In this document: positions 63,301-64,000 of the stretch, piece after piece | Numbering within the stretch: the stretch's first letter is position 1 | Layout of the letters: each line of letters starts with the position of its first letter | Notes under the pieces: model-generated | What the model was told of the DNA's origin: nothing | Seen by the model: only the letters and a program-made list of their open reading frames with translations | The model's database searches: none | Program-made: the position numbers and the translations under genes | DNA from: Mobula hypostoma | Lineage: Eukaryota | Length of the DNA stretch: 64,000 nucleotides | NCBI RefSeq assembly: GCF_963921235.1 | Contig: NC_086117.1 | Coordinates: forward strand, 41,230,001 to 41,294,000 | Reading direction: 5' to 3'

Positions 63301-64000
63301 TAGCGAGATGTAGTCTTGCGCAATAAGCCATTGAACTTAAAGTCGCGGAATTGTTACGACACTAAACCAGTGGAATTCTGTCCCTCCTGTAGATTACAAA
63401 GTTAAATATTTGAAATAATACAAAGTGTTGGAAATAATAGCGCAAAGACGTGAAAATATGCAGATGCTAGAAATCCAAGCAACATACCCAAAATGTTGGA
63501 GGGTTGTGTGTGTTGTGTGAAATAGTAAGTAGGTCGAGCAGAGTCAATAGAGGGAGAGGCAATTCATGTATTAGGGCAACTTCCTTTCATTGGGGTGGGA
63601 GACGTTACTCAACAGAGATGTTCTAAACTGCAAAGGGAGAGACCAAGAGAAGAAAGGGGTTACGAATGGTGGCGTGAGGTGAGAAGGGTTACTAAATGTA
63701 CGAGTTTAGAAGAAACAGTGAGGCACGGGCTGGGAGCATTTAAGAGAAGGGGAAAAGCAGAGGCATATCTCAATGCACCAGGCAGAAGTACTGAAATGTG
63801 ACACCACAGGACAGCAGGTAGGGAGGTGATTAGAAAGATCTAGATCTTTTCTAGACGTTAGAATCAGATAAAGCAGAGGACTTCTGAGTATAAGGTTATC
63901 AAATCTAAGCTGCAGAAAAATATTCTGGGCATGTGATGTTTTGCAGCTGCCAGGATGTGAGGTAGTATGAGCACTGAGTTCAGTAGATAAACTAAATTGG

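Noticed and set aside
62779-63331. Several ORFs on both strands at the second CpG island
   Set aside because: GC-rich stop-codon depletion; no recognisable protein.
63834-63849. Perfect 16-bp palindrome AAAGATCTAGATCTTT
   Set aside because: Isolated; could be a transposon footprint or chance, with nothing further to support it.

Overview
Repeat-rich vertebrate genomic DNA; the CR1/Penelope/Rex1/HE1-type repeat landscape suggests a cartilaginous fish, probably a ray (inference). The window holds two complete protein-coding genes: MRPL41 (+, one coding exon, 16157-16564) and DPH7/WDR85 (-, nine coding exons from 50861 to 21708 that splice GT-AG into a 465-aa ORF by my hand count). DPH7 is probably driven from a CpG island at about 62.9-63.3 kb through a non-coding leader exon. 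A bidirectional CpG island at about 11.3-12.0 kb serves MRPL41 and a divergent minus-strand gene; its candidate first exon is visible and human synteny suggests PNPLA7. The rest is transposable elements: a near-intact full-length CR1, several older CR1s, a HERO-type retrotransposon with a restriction-like endonuclease, Penelope elements with degenerate hammerhead ends, Rex1 fragments, a solo LTR, Tigger/Tc1/hAT non-autonomous elements and SINEs. The most notable observations are a CAG-TAG tandem acceptor in DPH7 whose proximal site inserts a stop codon, two 3-codon uORFs just before the DPH7 ATG, a perfect 102-bp inverted templated insertion inside an old CR1, a long Tigger-internal palindrome with concerted arm changes, and mirror-image CCAAT pairs in both promoters. 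No prokaryotic-type system (e.g. CRISPR) is present. All calls were made by eye, without searches; boundaries of decayed repeats are approximate.
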